Positions 17,514 through 26,330 of a stretch of 64,000 nucleotides of DNA are shown one piece after another. The notes beneath the pieces are model-generated. The model saw only the letters and a program-made list of their open reading frames with translations. It had not been told where the DNA came from and searched no databases. The number at the start of each line of letters is the position of its first letter. Position 1 is the first letter of the stretch. The translations under genes and the position numbers were made by a program. The DNA lies in contig CAWJJY010000007.1 of assembly GCA_963843385.1 (NCBI GenBank), forward strand, positions 1,974,028-2,038,027, read 5' to 3'. Origin of the DNA: an uncultured Acidobacteriota bacterium (GTDB lineage Bacteria; Acidobacteriota; Vicinamibacteria; Vicinamibacterales; JAKQTR01).

Positions 17514-20500
17514 TTAGAAGGAAGCCCGCAGGAACAGCTGGACACTGCGCATCGGGCGCATGGAGGTGACCTGACCGAAGGTCGGCGAGTTCACGATCGC
17601 ATCGATCGATCCGTACTGCGCCGTGTTGAACACGTTGCTGGCCTGGATGCGAATGTTGAGGTTCCGCGTGCTGCCAATCATGATGGTCTTGTTCAGGTTC
17701 ATGGAGACGTTCAGCGACGAGGGCCCGGTGATCATGTTGCGGCCGGCATTCCCGAACTGGCCGGGCGCTGGCACCGAGAACGCCGCCGTGTTGAAGAAGC
17801 GCAGCACGGTCGGATCGTCCACGGTGATCGTCTGGCCCGTGTAGTTCGCCCTGAGGCTCCCGTTGACGCCGGATCCAAGATCGACCGAGCTGCCCAGCAC
17901 GCGCGCCGTCAGCGGCGTGCCCGTCGCCCACGTGACGCTGGTCGCCCAGGTCCAGCCGCCGACGATCTTCGCGGCCACCCCGTCGTTGTTGAGCCAGGGC
18001 CGGTTGGGGCCAAACGGCAGCGCGAAGGTGACGTCTCCATTGAGCCGGTGACGCTGATCAAAACTCGAAGGCCCCCACTCGGCCGCCAGGTTCGTGTCGT
18101 CCTGCGCCACGATGCCCGACCCTCCCCCGAGCGTGGAGGCATCGTCCATCGACTTCGACCAGGTGTAGGACACGCCGCCGCCGATGCCCCCGGTCGGCCG
18201 TTTCCGGATCCGGAACGAGAAGGCGGTCATCTTCGAGTGCCCGGTCGAGGTCTCCCAGATGAACGGCTGCACACCGGGAATCCGGAGGCCGGACGGACCG
18301 CGGTTCGGCGCGCGCAGCACGTCCAGATTGCCGCCCCGCGTGCCGGTGTAAGCCGCCCCGACGCTGATGGTCCGCGTGAGCTCCCGCTGGACGTCGAGAT
18401 TCCAGATCTGGAGGTGACCGAGGCGGTAGTTGGGATCGATGCCGAAGTTGTTCGTCGTCGTCACCGCGGCCGGCGTGCCGAAGACAGAGGCCACCAGCAG
18501 TGGCGAGGTCGACGTGCCAGCCAGCGAATTGGTGACCGCGTAGGGCGGCTGCGCCGCAAGCCTCTGGGCGATGCCCGCGTATGTCGGCGAACTGTAGCTG
18601 AGGCCGTAGCCGCCGCGCACGGTCATCCTGGTTTGCGGCCGCCACGCGAATCCCAGCCGCGGGGCGAAGTTGTTCCGATCAGCATTGAACCCCGCCGTCG
18701 AGTACGCGCCCGAAAAAGGGCCCGTCTGGCCCGCCAGCACGGGAACGGCCGCTGTGAAGCCGGGCGTGACGTCCAGGTTGACGAGCCGGTCATTCGCTTC
18801 GAAGTACGGTGAGAGGAATTCATAGCGCAGGCCGAGATTGAACGTGAGATTGGCCCTCGCGCGCCAGTCATCCTGGACGAACAGGCTCCAGGCGTGGGAG
18901 CGATACCGCGTCATGCCTGGCCCGTATTGCAGCGTCGCCTGCTGGGCCTCGCCGAGCAGGAAATCGGCGAAGTCCAGGCCGCTGCGGGTACCGAGGGCAA
19001 CGCCGCGCGTCGCATAGATGCCGGTGAACACGAACTGGCCGCCCGGATTCGTATCCGAGCGGGAGTCGGTCAGCATGGCGCGGAAGTCGCCGCCCCATCG
19101 CAGCGTGTGCCGCCCGCGGAGCTTGGTCTGCGTCAGCCCGATGGTCACCGTACGGTCGGCCCGGTCCGAGGGGTTCGTGTCGCGCAATGAGGTAAACGAG
19201 GAGAACGACAGGCTCGGGACGCCCCATGAGAAGGGGTCCTGCGACACGCCGAGGATCCCGGCGTCGCCGGTCACGTTGGTCTGGAACGCGTGTTGATTGA
19301 ACGTCGACGCGTGGCGGCTGTTGTACTGGATGTGAAACGCGCTGAAGATGCCGCCCAGGGCGAAGTTGAAATTGACGGGCACGTCCCAACCGGTCGTCTT
19401 GTTGGAACCCGCCGTGGTGGGGAAGATGCCTGGCTGGTTGCCGGTCGACCGGGAGTAGTGGATGCCGACACTGAGGTTCATGCCCCGTCCGCCGCCACCG
19501 CCGCGCCCGCCGCCGCCCCGGCCACCGCCGCCGCCGCCGCGCCCGACCTGCGGCGTCGTGAACGAGCGGGTCAGCCGGAAATTGATGTCGTCCTGTTGCC
19601 GACTCGTGGTCGTCGCGTAATGGAAGTTCTTCGCGGTCCCGTCGAGGTTCGGCTCGGGGAAGTACTTGAGCAAGACCTTCGCAGCGGGGCTGATCCGGTC
19701 ATCCGGGATCCGGTTGCCCGGGAAGCCCTGCCCCGTGACCGGGTCGTAGACCGTCACGGGGTACGAGGAGAAATCACCTGCCCGCACCGCGTCGGTCGGA
19801 ACCGTGGCGTAGCTGTCCTGCAGCGTCGACCCATGAGTGCCGGTGTAGTTGAGGAAGAAGTTGGTGCGCGGCCCTGCGTCGAACAGGCCGGGGATCTTCA
19901 ACTGGCCGCCGACGTTCAAGCCGAAACGGTGCTGCAGGTAGTCGGGTTTGGCCGGCGCAGCCGATCCGAACGGATACGGGGCGGCGTCGAGCATCGAGCC
20001 GGAGAGGCTGTAGGTGAACTGGCCTCGCGGGCGGTTGTTCTGGCCTCGGGCGGCCATGCCGAGACGGCCCGCCAGTTGCGGGCCGCCGCCGCGCCCGCCC
20101 CCGGCTCCGCGGCCTCCGCCCATGTCGCCGCGTCCGCCTCCGCCAGCCGGCCCCATCCCGCCGCGGCCCTGACCACCGCGCCCGCCCTGGCCCCCGCCGT
20201 CGCCGCCGAAATTGGCGGCACCAGGAAGTCCTTCGAACCCGCCGAATCCATCCGGCCGCCCGCCGCCTGCCCCGTCGCCCATCATGCCCATTCCCGGAGG
20301 CCCGCCCTCCCCCATCGGAGCGAACACGAGGAACGGGTTGACCTGGCCAGCCGATCCCGTCGCGACGACGCTGTTGGCCGAGCTGTCAATCGAGAACCCG
20401 GGAGGCAGACTCAACTGCGCGGCAGCAATCTCCGCCTCGCGGGCAGGATCCGCCGACGCAGCCTGCAGCGCCGGGTCATCTCCCGTCCCGGGCGAACCGC

Positions 20501-21053
20501 CGGCCGGGGCCCGGGCCAGCCCCGCGCGCGGTGCCGTGGCGGTTCGCGGTGCCGGAACGCGGGCAGCGCCGAGGTCAGCGGCGTTGCGGACCGGCGCAGA
20601 CGGGGCCGTAGCAGGCGCGGCAGGCGCGGCAGGCGCTGAGGAGGGAGACGTCGGGGTCTGTACCGAAGCTTGACCTGTAGGGGTCTGCGAGGACTCGGGC
20701 GACTTTGCGCGCGAGGCCAGCACCATGGTCACGTCCAGGCGCGCACGGCACGTTGAATCCACGATGACTTCGCCGGCGAACGGCTGGAAGCCTGTGAGCG
20801 CGGTTCGTATCTGGTAGCGACCCGGTCCAGGAACCGGCAGGGCGTAGGTCCCCTCGACACCGGTCGAACTGGTGAGGTTCCCGCCGGCTTCGGTGCTGGT
20901 CGCCGTAATCGCCACGCCGGGAAGCAGGTACGAACCCGACCCGACAGTACCCGACACGGTGCACGCCCTCGGGGCGCTCGCACTCTGGGACCGTTCCTGC
21001 GCCCAGCCTGTGCCCGGCAGAAGCAGAACCAGGAGAACCGCCATCTCTCGCAT
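17514..21053 (-). CDS. TonB-dependent-receptor-like outer-membrane beta-barrel with an N-terminal carboxypeptidase-regulatory-like domain
   Basis: Signal MREMAVLLVLLLPGTGWAQE. CarboxypepD_reg-like block: CTVSGTVGSGSYLLPGVAITATSTEAGGNLTSSTGVEGTYALPVPGPGRYQIRTALTGFQP. Long beta-strand-rich C-terminal part ending ...VQLFLRASF, with the terminal aromatic typical of OMPs. Confidence 0.8.
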   Translation of the reverse strand: MREMAVLLVLLLPGTGWAQERSQSASAPRACTVSGTVGSGSYLLPGVAITATSTEAGGNLTSSTGVEGTYALPVPGPGRYQIRTALTGFQPFAGEVIVDSTCRARLDVTMVLASRAKSPESSQTPTGQASVQTPTSPSSAPAAPAAPATAPSAPVRNAADLGAARVPAPRTATAPRAGLARAPAGGSPGTGDDPALQAASADPAREAEIAAAQLSLPPGFSIDSSANSVVATGSAGQVNPFLVFAPMGEGGPPGMGMMGDGAGGGRPDGFGGFEGLPGAANFGGDGGGQGGRGGQGRGGMGPAGGGGRGDMGGGRGAGGGRGGGPQLAGRLGMAARGQNNRPRGQFTYSLSGSMLDAAPYPFGSAAPAKPDYLQHRFGLNVGGQLKIPGLFDAGPRTNFFLNYTGTHGSTLQDSYATVPTDAVRAGDFSSYPVTVYDPVTGQGFPGNRIPDDRISPAAKVLLKYFPEPNLDGTAKNFHYATTTSRQQDDINFRLTRSFTTPQVGRGGGGGGRGGGGRGGGGGRGMNLSVGIHYSRSTGNQPGIFPTTAGSNKTTGWDVPVNFNFALGGIFSAFHIQYNSRHASTFNQHAFQTNVTGDAGILGVSQDPFSWGVPSLSFSSFTSLRDTNPSDRADRTVTIGLTQTKLRGRHTLRWGGDFRAMLTDSRSDTNPGGQFVFTGIYATRGVALGTRSGLDFADFLLGEAQQATLQYGPGMTRYRSHAWSLFVQDDWRARANLTFNLGLRYEFLSPYFEANDRLVNLDVTPGFTAAVPVLAGQTGPFSGAYSTAGFNADRNNFAPRLGFAWRPQTRMTVRGGYGLSYSSPTYAGIAQRLAAQPPYAVTNSLAGTSTSPLLVASVFGTPAAVTTTNNFGIDPNYRLGHLQIWNLDVQRELTRTISVGAAYTGTRGGNLDVLRAPNRGPSGLRIPGVQPFIWETSTGHSKMTAFSFRIRKRPTGGIGGGVSYTWSKSMDDASTLGGGSGIVAQDDTNLAAEWGPSSFDQRHRLNGDVTFALPFGPNRPWLNNDGVAAKIVGGWTWATSVTWATGTPLTARVLGSSVDLGSGVNGSLRANYTGQTITVDDPTVLRFFNTAAFSVPAPGQFGNAGRNMITGPSSLNVSMNLNKTIMIGSTRNLNIRIQASNVFNTAQYGSIDAIVNSPTFGQVTSMRPMRSVQLFLRASF
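20019..20315 (-). repeat. Gly/Arg/Met-rich low-complexity insert inside the barrel gene (aa ~247-345); a second RGG tract lies at 19482..19544
   Basis: MGEGGPPGMGMMGDGAGGGRPDGFGGFEGLPGAANFGGDGGGQGGRGGQGRGGMGPAGGGGRGDMGGGRGAGGGRGGGPQ and, further on, VGRGGGGGGRGGGGRGGGGGRG. Confidence 0.8.
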
Positions 21054-21394
21054 ATGTGAACCCTGCAGGTGACGACCTCAGCCGTCATGGCACGAGCCGT
21101 CCGCACCCAGGCCACGCGCCCGTACGGGAACCGACATGACGCACAACCCGCCGGTCCTGCCGGAATGACGCGTCACCTCGGCCCGGACCCGCTCAACTGA
21201 TTCCGTGACCCCGGCGCCGGCGACGAAGACCCGCTGCCCTCGAATACCCATCCATACGACGCGCCCGCCCCTGGCGTTTGCAGCAGAGGCGGGATTCGCC
21301 ACCCCTTCAGTGCGAACCTCGCCTCTTATTACGCTGGAGCCATGGCGTGCTGATGGCAAGTCTGTGAAAACATTGTGACAGCGTCCGCCGAAGT

Positions 21395-22243
21395 TCACCA
21401 CTCCCGCTTGATGTCAGGACAGAAACCGGGTTCGAAGCCTCGTGCCCGCTCGCGGCGCGCGAGTGGATCGTCATCGGCCCGGTCGAGAGGCAGGATTCCC
21501 AGCCGGACGAGCTGAGGGCGGTATTCGTAGCGGATGGTGAGGGTGGCTGCAGGCGTGGATTCCAGGTCGAGGTAGACCTGCCGCACCGCGTGATCGGTGG
21601 TCCGCCCGATCCCGGTTGCGGCGTATTCGGTTGTCTGGGACGCCAGCTTCGAAGCCGTTTCCGCCGACCCGCCGCTGCCAGCCTCCGCGGCGCTTTGCGA
21701 GGGCCGAGCGGCTTCGTCACGTCGCCTGGCATCCTGCCCGGCGGTCTCACCCCGCGGCGAGGCGGCCGGCAGAGCCAGGTTGTTGATCCTCGGCACGCGC
21801 TCGCGGAAGAACACGGCCATGATCAGTCCAAGGTCGTCAGTCCTGCCGAGCATCTGCCCGTACGATTTCGCTTCCGTCGTGAACTCGAACCGCCGTGCGT
21901 GGCTCATGCTGGTCTGCCAGCCGCTGATCGTGATGGTCTGGTAGGGTTCCAGCACCCATTTCCGGGCTTCCGATGCGGTCGTGTGCCTGGCGTCGATCGT
22001 GTTGAGGCCATCCACCGATAATGCGACCGCCACCCGCACGGGATAGGGATTGTGGATCCGGATCGCGTACTCCTTGTTCCTGACGGCCTCGATGTAGGTG
22101 GTCCCCTGGGCGGGGTACCGCGGGCGCGGACTGTTGTCCACGAGCACGTCGATTCGGGGCCCGGGGGAATAGCTGCTGGACGTGGCTGCTGATGCAACAG
22201 CCAGCAGGAACAGCGCAACGGCAACGGTCACTCGGTGATGCAT
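21395..22243 (-). CDS. Secreted hypothetical protein (no family recognised)
   Basis: ATG 22243 is preceded by a strong AAGGAGG. Signal MHHRVTVAVALFLLAVASAATSSS. A conserved-looking N-domain (YIEAVRNKEYAIRIHNPYPVRVAVALSVDGLNTIDARH...ITISGWQTS...RFEFTTE) is followed by a low-complexity linker and a C-terminal module. Confidence 0.6.
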   Translation of the reverse strand: MHHRVTVAVALFLLAVASAATSSSYSPGPRIDVLVDNSPRPRYPAQGTTYIEAVRNKEYAIRIHNPYPVRVAVALSVDGLNTIDARHTTASEARKWVLEPYQTITISGWQTSMSHARRFEFTTEAKSYGQMLGRTDDLGLIMAVFFRERVPRINNLALPAASPRGETAGQDARRRDEAARPSQSAAEAGSGGSAETASKLASQTTEYAATGIGRTTDHAVRQVYLDLESTPAATLTIRYEYRPQLVRLGILPLDRADDDPLARRERARGFEPGFCPDIKREW

Positions 22244-22448
22244 GTCGTCCTCCTTGGTATGAGAACGACGGCGGTCCGGATTCTTGCAGGTGGGCGCAGG
22301 GCGTGGCGGCGCGCGTCGGCCGTTCAGCAGATTCATCTTTGGCTGGAGCGAGTGTGGCCGGCTGAAATTCGCGGTTGGCGGCGCCCGGTCCGTCTCGATG
22401 CTGCTCGAGATCGGATCGGGCGCCGAGCGTCGGACTGCCGCGTTCAGG

Positions 22449-23318
22449 CTAGTGCAGGCCCGTCAGGCTGACGTTGAGGGCCGTGATTTCGCGCGGCTTC
22501 ACCGTGACGTCCTTGGTGAACGGCGCGAACCCCTCTTTTCTTATCTCCACCCGGTGGACCCCGGCCGGCAGGTCGACGATGAGCCGGGGCTGGCCTGGGA
22601 GTCCCTGCCAGCGTTCGCCGTCGATGGTGATCTCGGCATCTGCCGGCTGCACGCGAATGGCCAGCTGGCCGAAGTTGGTGGCCTCCGCACCGGCGGGTTC
22701 AGCCATCTCCTGCCGGATTTCGCCTGGCCGCGCCGGGGGAGCACCAGACGGCGGTGGCTGTCCGGGCATCATCCGTCGTGGCGGCTGCATTTCACCTGGC
22801 GGCGGCTCCAGGTCCGCCGGAGGCGCTGCCGGCGTCGGCTTTGGCCCGCTGGATTCGCCTGGCGCAAGCCGCTGCATCCGCCCCTGGATCTTGTAGCCTT
22901 TTCCGGGGCTGAAGTAGCGGCGCTCCGTTATTGTCCGGTAACCGTCGAGGTACACCTCGATTTGGTGTCCGCCGGGCATCACGTGCAATCTCTGAAAGAG
23001 ACCGTCGAAGTCGTCAACGATGCCGGCGAAGCGGCCGTCGACATAGACTTCGGCGTTATTCGGTTCGACCTGGATCCGGACATCCGACGATGCGTTGTAC
23101 CTACCGTAGTAGGGGTACGGGTAGGGCGGATAGATCCCGAACGGACTCCAGAACGGATAGCCCCAGCCCCAGCTCGGGCCCCAGAACACACCAACGCGGA
23201 CTCCGGTCCTGCCCCGCATGCCGGGTCCGCGTCGCCACTGCGCCTCGGTCGATGTCGCCGAGGCCACAACGACCAGGCAAGCCAGGGCCAGCAATCCAAT
23301 TGGCGTCTTCCACCGCAT
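22449..23318 (-). CDS. PEGA domain-containing secreted protein (two PEGA modules)
   Basis: ATG 23318 lies 8 nt after a GGAGG. Signal MRWKTPIGLLALACLVVVASATS. PEGA modules: VRIQVEPNNAEVYVDGRFAGIVDDF...HQIEVYLDGYRTI and LAIRVQPADAEITIDGERW...VHRVEIRKEGFAPFTKDVTVKPREITALNVSL. Confidence 0.8.
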   Translation of the reverse strand: MRWKTPIGLLALACLVVVASATSTEAQWRRGPGMRGRTGVRVGVFWGPSWGWGYPFWSPFGIYPPYPYPYYGRYNASSDVRIQVEPNNAEVYVDGRFAGIVDDFDGLFQRLHVMPGGHQIEVYLDGYRTITERRYFSPGKGYKIQGRMQRLAPGESSGPKPTPAAPPADLEPPPGEMQPPRRMMPGQPPPSGAPPARPGEIRQEMAEPAGAEATNFGQLAIRVQPADAEITIDGERWQGLPGQPRLIVDLPAGVHRVEIRKEGFAPFTKDVTVKPREITALNVSLTGLH

Positions 23319-23675
23319 GACACACACCTCCCTAGCCCGCGTTCTTCCCGAACGCTGCGCGTTCGCTCATAACGCGCCGGCGGCGTGAGCGTTGGGCAGG
23401 CCGCCGGTTTCGACACCGCGCGGCGCGCGGTGCTCAAGACGTCGCCCGGGCTAGCCCTGAGCGAGGGCCTGACACTCGGGCCCGCGTCGAAGCCCGGAGG
23501 GCGGCATGTCCCTCGCCTTCACGGACAGGCCGGGCTAGCAGGCACGGATGATTACTGCAATGATGGTGCCGAAAGGCCCGACGCTGTTTTCGGCTGTCCT
23601 GCCCCGGTTGCCCGACGCTTGGCGCGCTCGCTGTCCTCCCTGGATATCTGGTTGTCGTCCCCGGTGGACCGGGAA

Positions 23676-24452
23676 TCAGTCGGGTGTAGCCCGTTCCGAC
23701 GGCCCGAAGGGGCCCATCCAATCGATGAAGCTCGCCCGGCTCAGCGGATTCGCCATCCAGCTCGTGTCCGGTGTCGGGATCTGTAGACATTCGAGCACGG
23801 TCGGCCACCGCGGGCCGACCGGCACGACCGAGGGCGCGCCTCTCCGGCTAATCCATCGCAACTTCTGCTGTCGGACGCATTCGAGCGCCAGCTCGAGGGT
23901 TCGGCGCACATCGCCGCCGCAGTAGCTCAACACGGCCTCGAACTCGCCGGCACGCCACAGCCGCGGAGCGTCCTTCCCGCTGATAGCCGTCATCTCGCCG
24001 CCCGAGGTCCTCACGTCGTGAAGCTTGGAGGCCAGGCCCATGCCGGTGAGTGCCGTGTCGAGCGCGAGCGGGTGGCCTCGCTGGCAGACCAGCCAGAACA
24101 TCATGTCCACGCTCCCGAGCGCGAGTCGCGCGCAGTGCTCGGTCCGGCCGGTCTCGCCCGCAAGGACCTGGAAATCGAAGCTCGTGCCATTCCAGGTGAC
24201 GAGCGTGTCCCCGCCGCCAACGATCTTCATCAGCTCGTCGATGACCAGGTCAACCGCCTGGCGGTTCATGGCGCCGGTCTCCGAAACGTAGTAGTCGGGA
24301 TGTTCCCGTGGGTTGAAGCGGAGCCAGGGTTCCTTCTCGCCTTCGCGCATCAGCGCGACGCAGGCAACTCCCAGTGGCGCCAGGGCCATCCAATCGCGGG
24401 CCTCGTCGGGAAGCTCCTTGGCAATCTCGATGTCGAACGCCACCAGCGCCAT
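23676..24452 (-). CDS. Stand-alone DEDD-type 3'-5' exonuclease related to the PolB exonuclease domain (DNA_pol_B_exo2-like)
   Basis: ExoI is VAFDIEIA, ExoII is LVTWNGTSFDFQVL, ExoIII is ISGKDAPRLWRAGEFEAVLSYCGGDVRRTLEL. A ~70-aa C-terminal extension has no recognisable motif. AGGAAGGA RBS lies before ATG 24452. Confidence 0.7.
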   Translation of the reverse strand: MALVAFDIEIAKELPDEARDWMALAPLGVACVALMREGEKEPWLRFNPREHPDYYVSETGAMNRQAVDLVIDELMKIVGGGDTLVTWNGTSFDFQVLAGETGRTEHCARLALGSVDMMFWLVCQRGHPLALDTALTGMGLASKLHDVRTSGGEMTAISGKDAPRLWRAGEFEAVLSYCGGDVRRTLELALECVRQQKLRWISRRGAPSVVPVGPRWPTVLECLQIPTPDTSWMANPLSRASFIDWMGPFGPSERATPD

Positions 24453-24593
24453 GACGGTGTCCTTCCTGGATCGACCCGCTTCGCCCCCGGCCCGCCGCTC
24501 TCGACGCCGGCGATCCGTCCGTCAGCGCTCGATCCGGTCCGGCATCCTGCGCGCCACGCCCTGGCGATCTGGCTGGCCCGGCCGCCTGCCGGG

Positions 24594-25235
24594 CTACCGG
24601 CGCGCGATAACCTCGAACGTGACGTCCACCTCGTCACGCACGTGGATGGTGCCGCCGGCGGCGGTGACCGGCGTGATGCCAAACTCGGTTTGTTTGATGG
24701 TCAACGAGCCCTTCGCGGTCAAGGTCCGGGACTGTCCTGCCATCGCATAGGTCACCGCGCAGATGACCGGACGGGTGACCCCGCGCAAGGTGAGTTCGCC
24801 TTCGAATCCGGCCAGCCGCCCCCCGGAGTCGCCACCGGCGATTGGCCCCGTGCTGCGCCGCGACTTGTAGGCCATCGTCGGGAACTTCAGGACATCCAGC
24901 ACCTTAGGACTGAGCATCACGCGCTGGACCTCGGCACGTGCGCTCGGGGATTCACTCTCGTCAACGACGCGCAGTGCGCGTGCGTCGAAGCTGATCGCGA
25001 CGTCGGTGGGCTGGCTGCCGTCCGGATACACCGTGACCGCTCCGCTCAGGGCTGGTGCGACGACCTCGTGGATGTGGCCGGCGAATCCCAGAATCCCGGA
25101 TTTCCCGACGTGAATTCTCACCGAGCTGGCTGGGGCGTCGACCGTAAACGTCCAGACATCGACCGACGCGTGGCCGGCGGAGGTGGCGAGCGCCACGGCG
25201 ATCGCCGCGAAGGTGAAGCGCGTGGGCTGTTTCAT
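24594..25235 (-). CDS. YceI family periplasmic protein
   Basis: Signal MKQPTRFTFAAIAVALATSAGHA. YceI-like blocks: SSVRIHVGKSGILGFAGHIHEV and GELTLRGVTRPV...SLTIKQTEFGITP. Confidence 0.8.
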   Translation of the reverse strand: MKQPTRFTFAAIAVALATSAGHASVDVWTFTVDAPASSVRIHVGKSGILGFAGHIHEVVAPALSGAVTVYPDGSQPTDVAISFDARALRVVDESESPSARAEVQRVMLSPKVLDVLKFPTMAYKSRRSTGPIAGGDSGGRLAGFEGELTLRGVTRPVICAVTYAMAGQSRTLTAKGSLTIKQTEFGITPVTAAGGTIHVRDEVDVTFEVIARR

Positions 25236-25259
25236 CGGGACCTTTCGAGGGTCGATCGC

Positions 25260-26252
25260 CTAGTGGCAGACACCGCGACCGTTGTCGTGGAACGTTCCGC
25301 CGGCTGCCGCCACGAATTCCCAGGTGTAGCCCGCCGCTTCCAGGCCCAGCTTCAATACGCCGTAGGTGACGCCACGAACCAGGCTGTTCGGTTTCGGTGT
25401 GCCGAAGTTGTACAAGTCAGCGCCGCCGGTTCCGACGACGATCTGGACGATGCCGCGCGCCGCGTCAGGACGGCCATCGGGATCCTGCGGTGCGAATCGC
25501 TCGTAGGAATGGTCGTGGCCGTTCAGCACGATCTCGACGTTGTGGTCGTAGAGCACACGCCAGAGGTCACGCATGACGGTGGTCGGCGAGTTCCGGCTCG
25601 ACGACGAGAAGAGCGGATGGTGCCAGTACGCAATCGTACACCTGGCGCTGCTCGCAGACAGATCCGCCTGGAGCCAGTCTAATTGCTGGGAACCCACGGT
25701 CGCCCTTTCCACGCTGTTCAAGGCGACCATGTGCCATCCCGCGTAGTCGTAGCTGTAGTAGCCGTTGCCCTCGGGCCCTGCCGCGCCCTGGAAGTACTGG
25801 AAGTACCCCATCAGCGAGCCGCCTTCATAGTCGTGGTTGCCGGGCGTCGGGCGCGTTCGGGAGAGGAAACGCCCCCAGGTCGGTCCGTAGCAGCGCTGAT
25901 ACTGGGCCAGCGTCGCGCCGCCGTAGACATCGTCGCCGGTAGTGAACACCAACCCTGGAGTCGCATCGATCAGCGCCGCCGTGGATTCGGCCGCGCCCGG
26001 GCACTGGCCGATGTCTCCGGCGCCGACGAAGGTCGGGGCCGTTGGCGGCGGGTCTGGCGGGATGGGGGTGGGCCCGGAGGAGGACGCCTTGCCGCACTGC
26101 GAGATCAGGATCAGCGACGCGCCGATTCCGGCCGCCTGCAGGAAGACCCAAGCCGTCCGAACGACGCGCACCCGGGCGGATCGAGTCGCGTGCAGCCGAC
26201 GCGCAGCGGATTGCCACCCGGAAGGCACCTGTGTTAGGTTCTGGCGGTCCAT
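25260..26252 (-). CDS. Calcineurin-like metallophosphoesterase (secreted or membrane-anchored)
   Basis: Motifs VGAGDIGQC, FTTGDDVYGG, PTPGNHDYE, AYWHHPLFSS and LNGHDHSYERF. An N-terminal hydrophobic segment is present. Confidence 0.85.
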   Translation of the reverse strand: MDRQNLTQVPSGWQSAARRLHATRSARVRVVRTAWVFLQAAGIGASLILISQCGKASSSGPTPIPPDPPPTAPTFVGAGDIGQCPGAAESTAALIDATPGLVFTTGDDVYGGATLAQYQRCYGPTWGRFLSRTRPTPGNHDYEGGSLMGYFQYFQGAAGPEGNGYYSYDYAGWHMVALNSVERATVGSQQLDWLQADLSASSARCTIAYWHHPLFSSSSRNSPTTVMRDLWRVLYDHNVEIVLNGHDHSYERFAPQDPDGRPDAARGIVQIVVGTGGADLYNFGTPKPNSLVRGVTYGVLKLGLEAAGYTWEFVAAAGGTFHDNGRGVCH

Positions 26253-26330
26253 AGTGTGCCGTTCAGAGTGGTCGTCCGTTCTGTCTCTCGACTGAGGTTA
26301 TCAAATCCGAACAGGGAATGGGAGTCCTGG

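Noticed and set aside
21054-21394. 107-aa ORF 21078..21401(-) and promoter motifs in the 340-nt region upstream of the barrel gene
   Set aside because: The ORF has no motifs and its composition looks non-coding. I could not find a convincing -35/-10 or -24/-12 pair, so nothing is annotated.
23568-23594. Hairpin GCCGAAA-(13 nt)-TTTCGGC and the nearby CACCGCGC..GCGCGGTG stem (23413-23431) as terminators of the exonuclease gene
   Set aside because: The stems are only 7-8 bp, lie 80-250 nt after the stop and have no U tract on the minus-strand transcript. This is too weak to annotate as features. They are mentioned only as context in the exonuclease finding.
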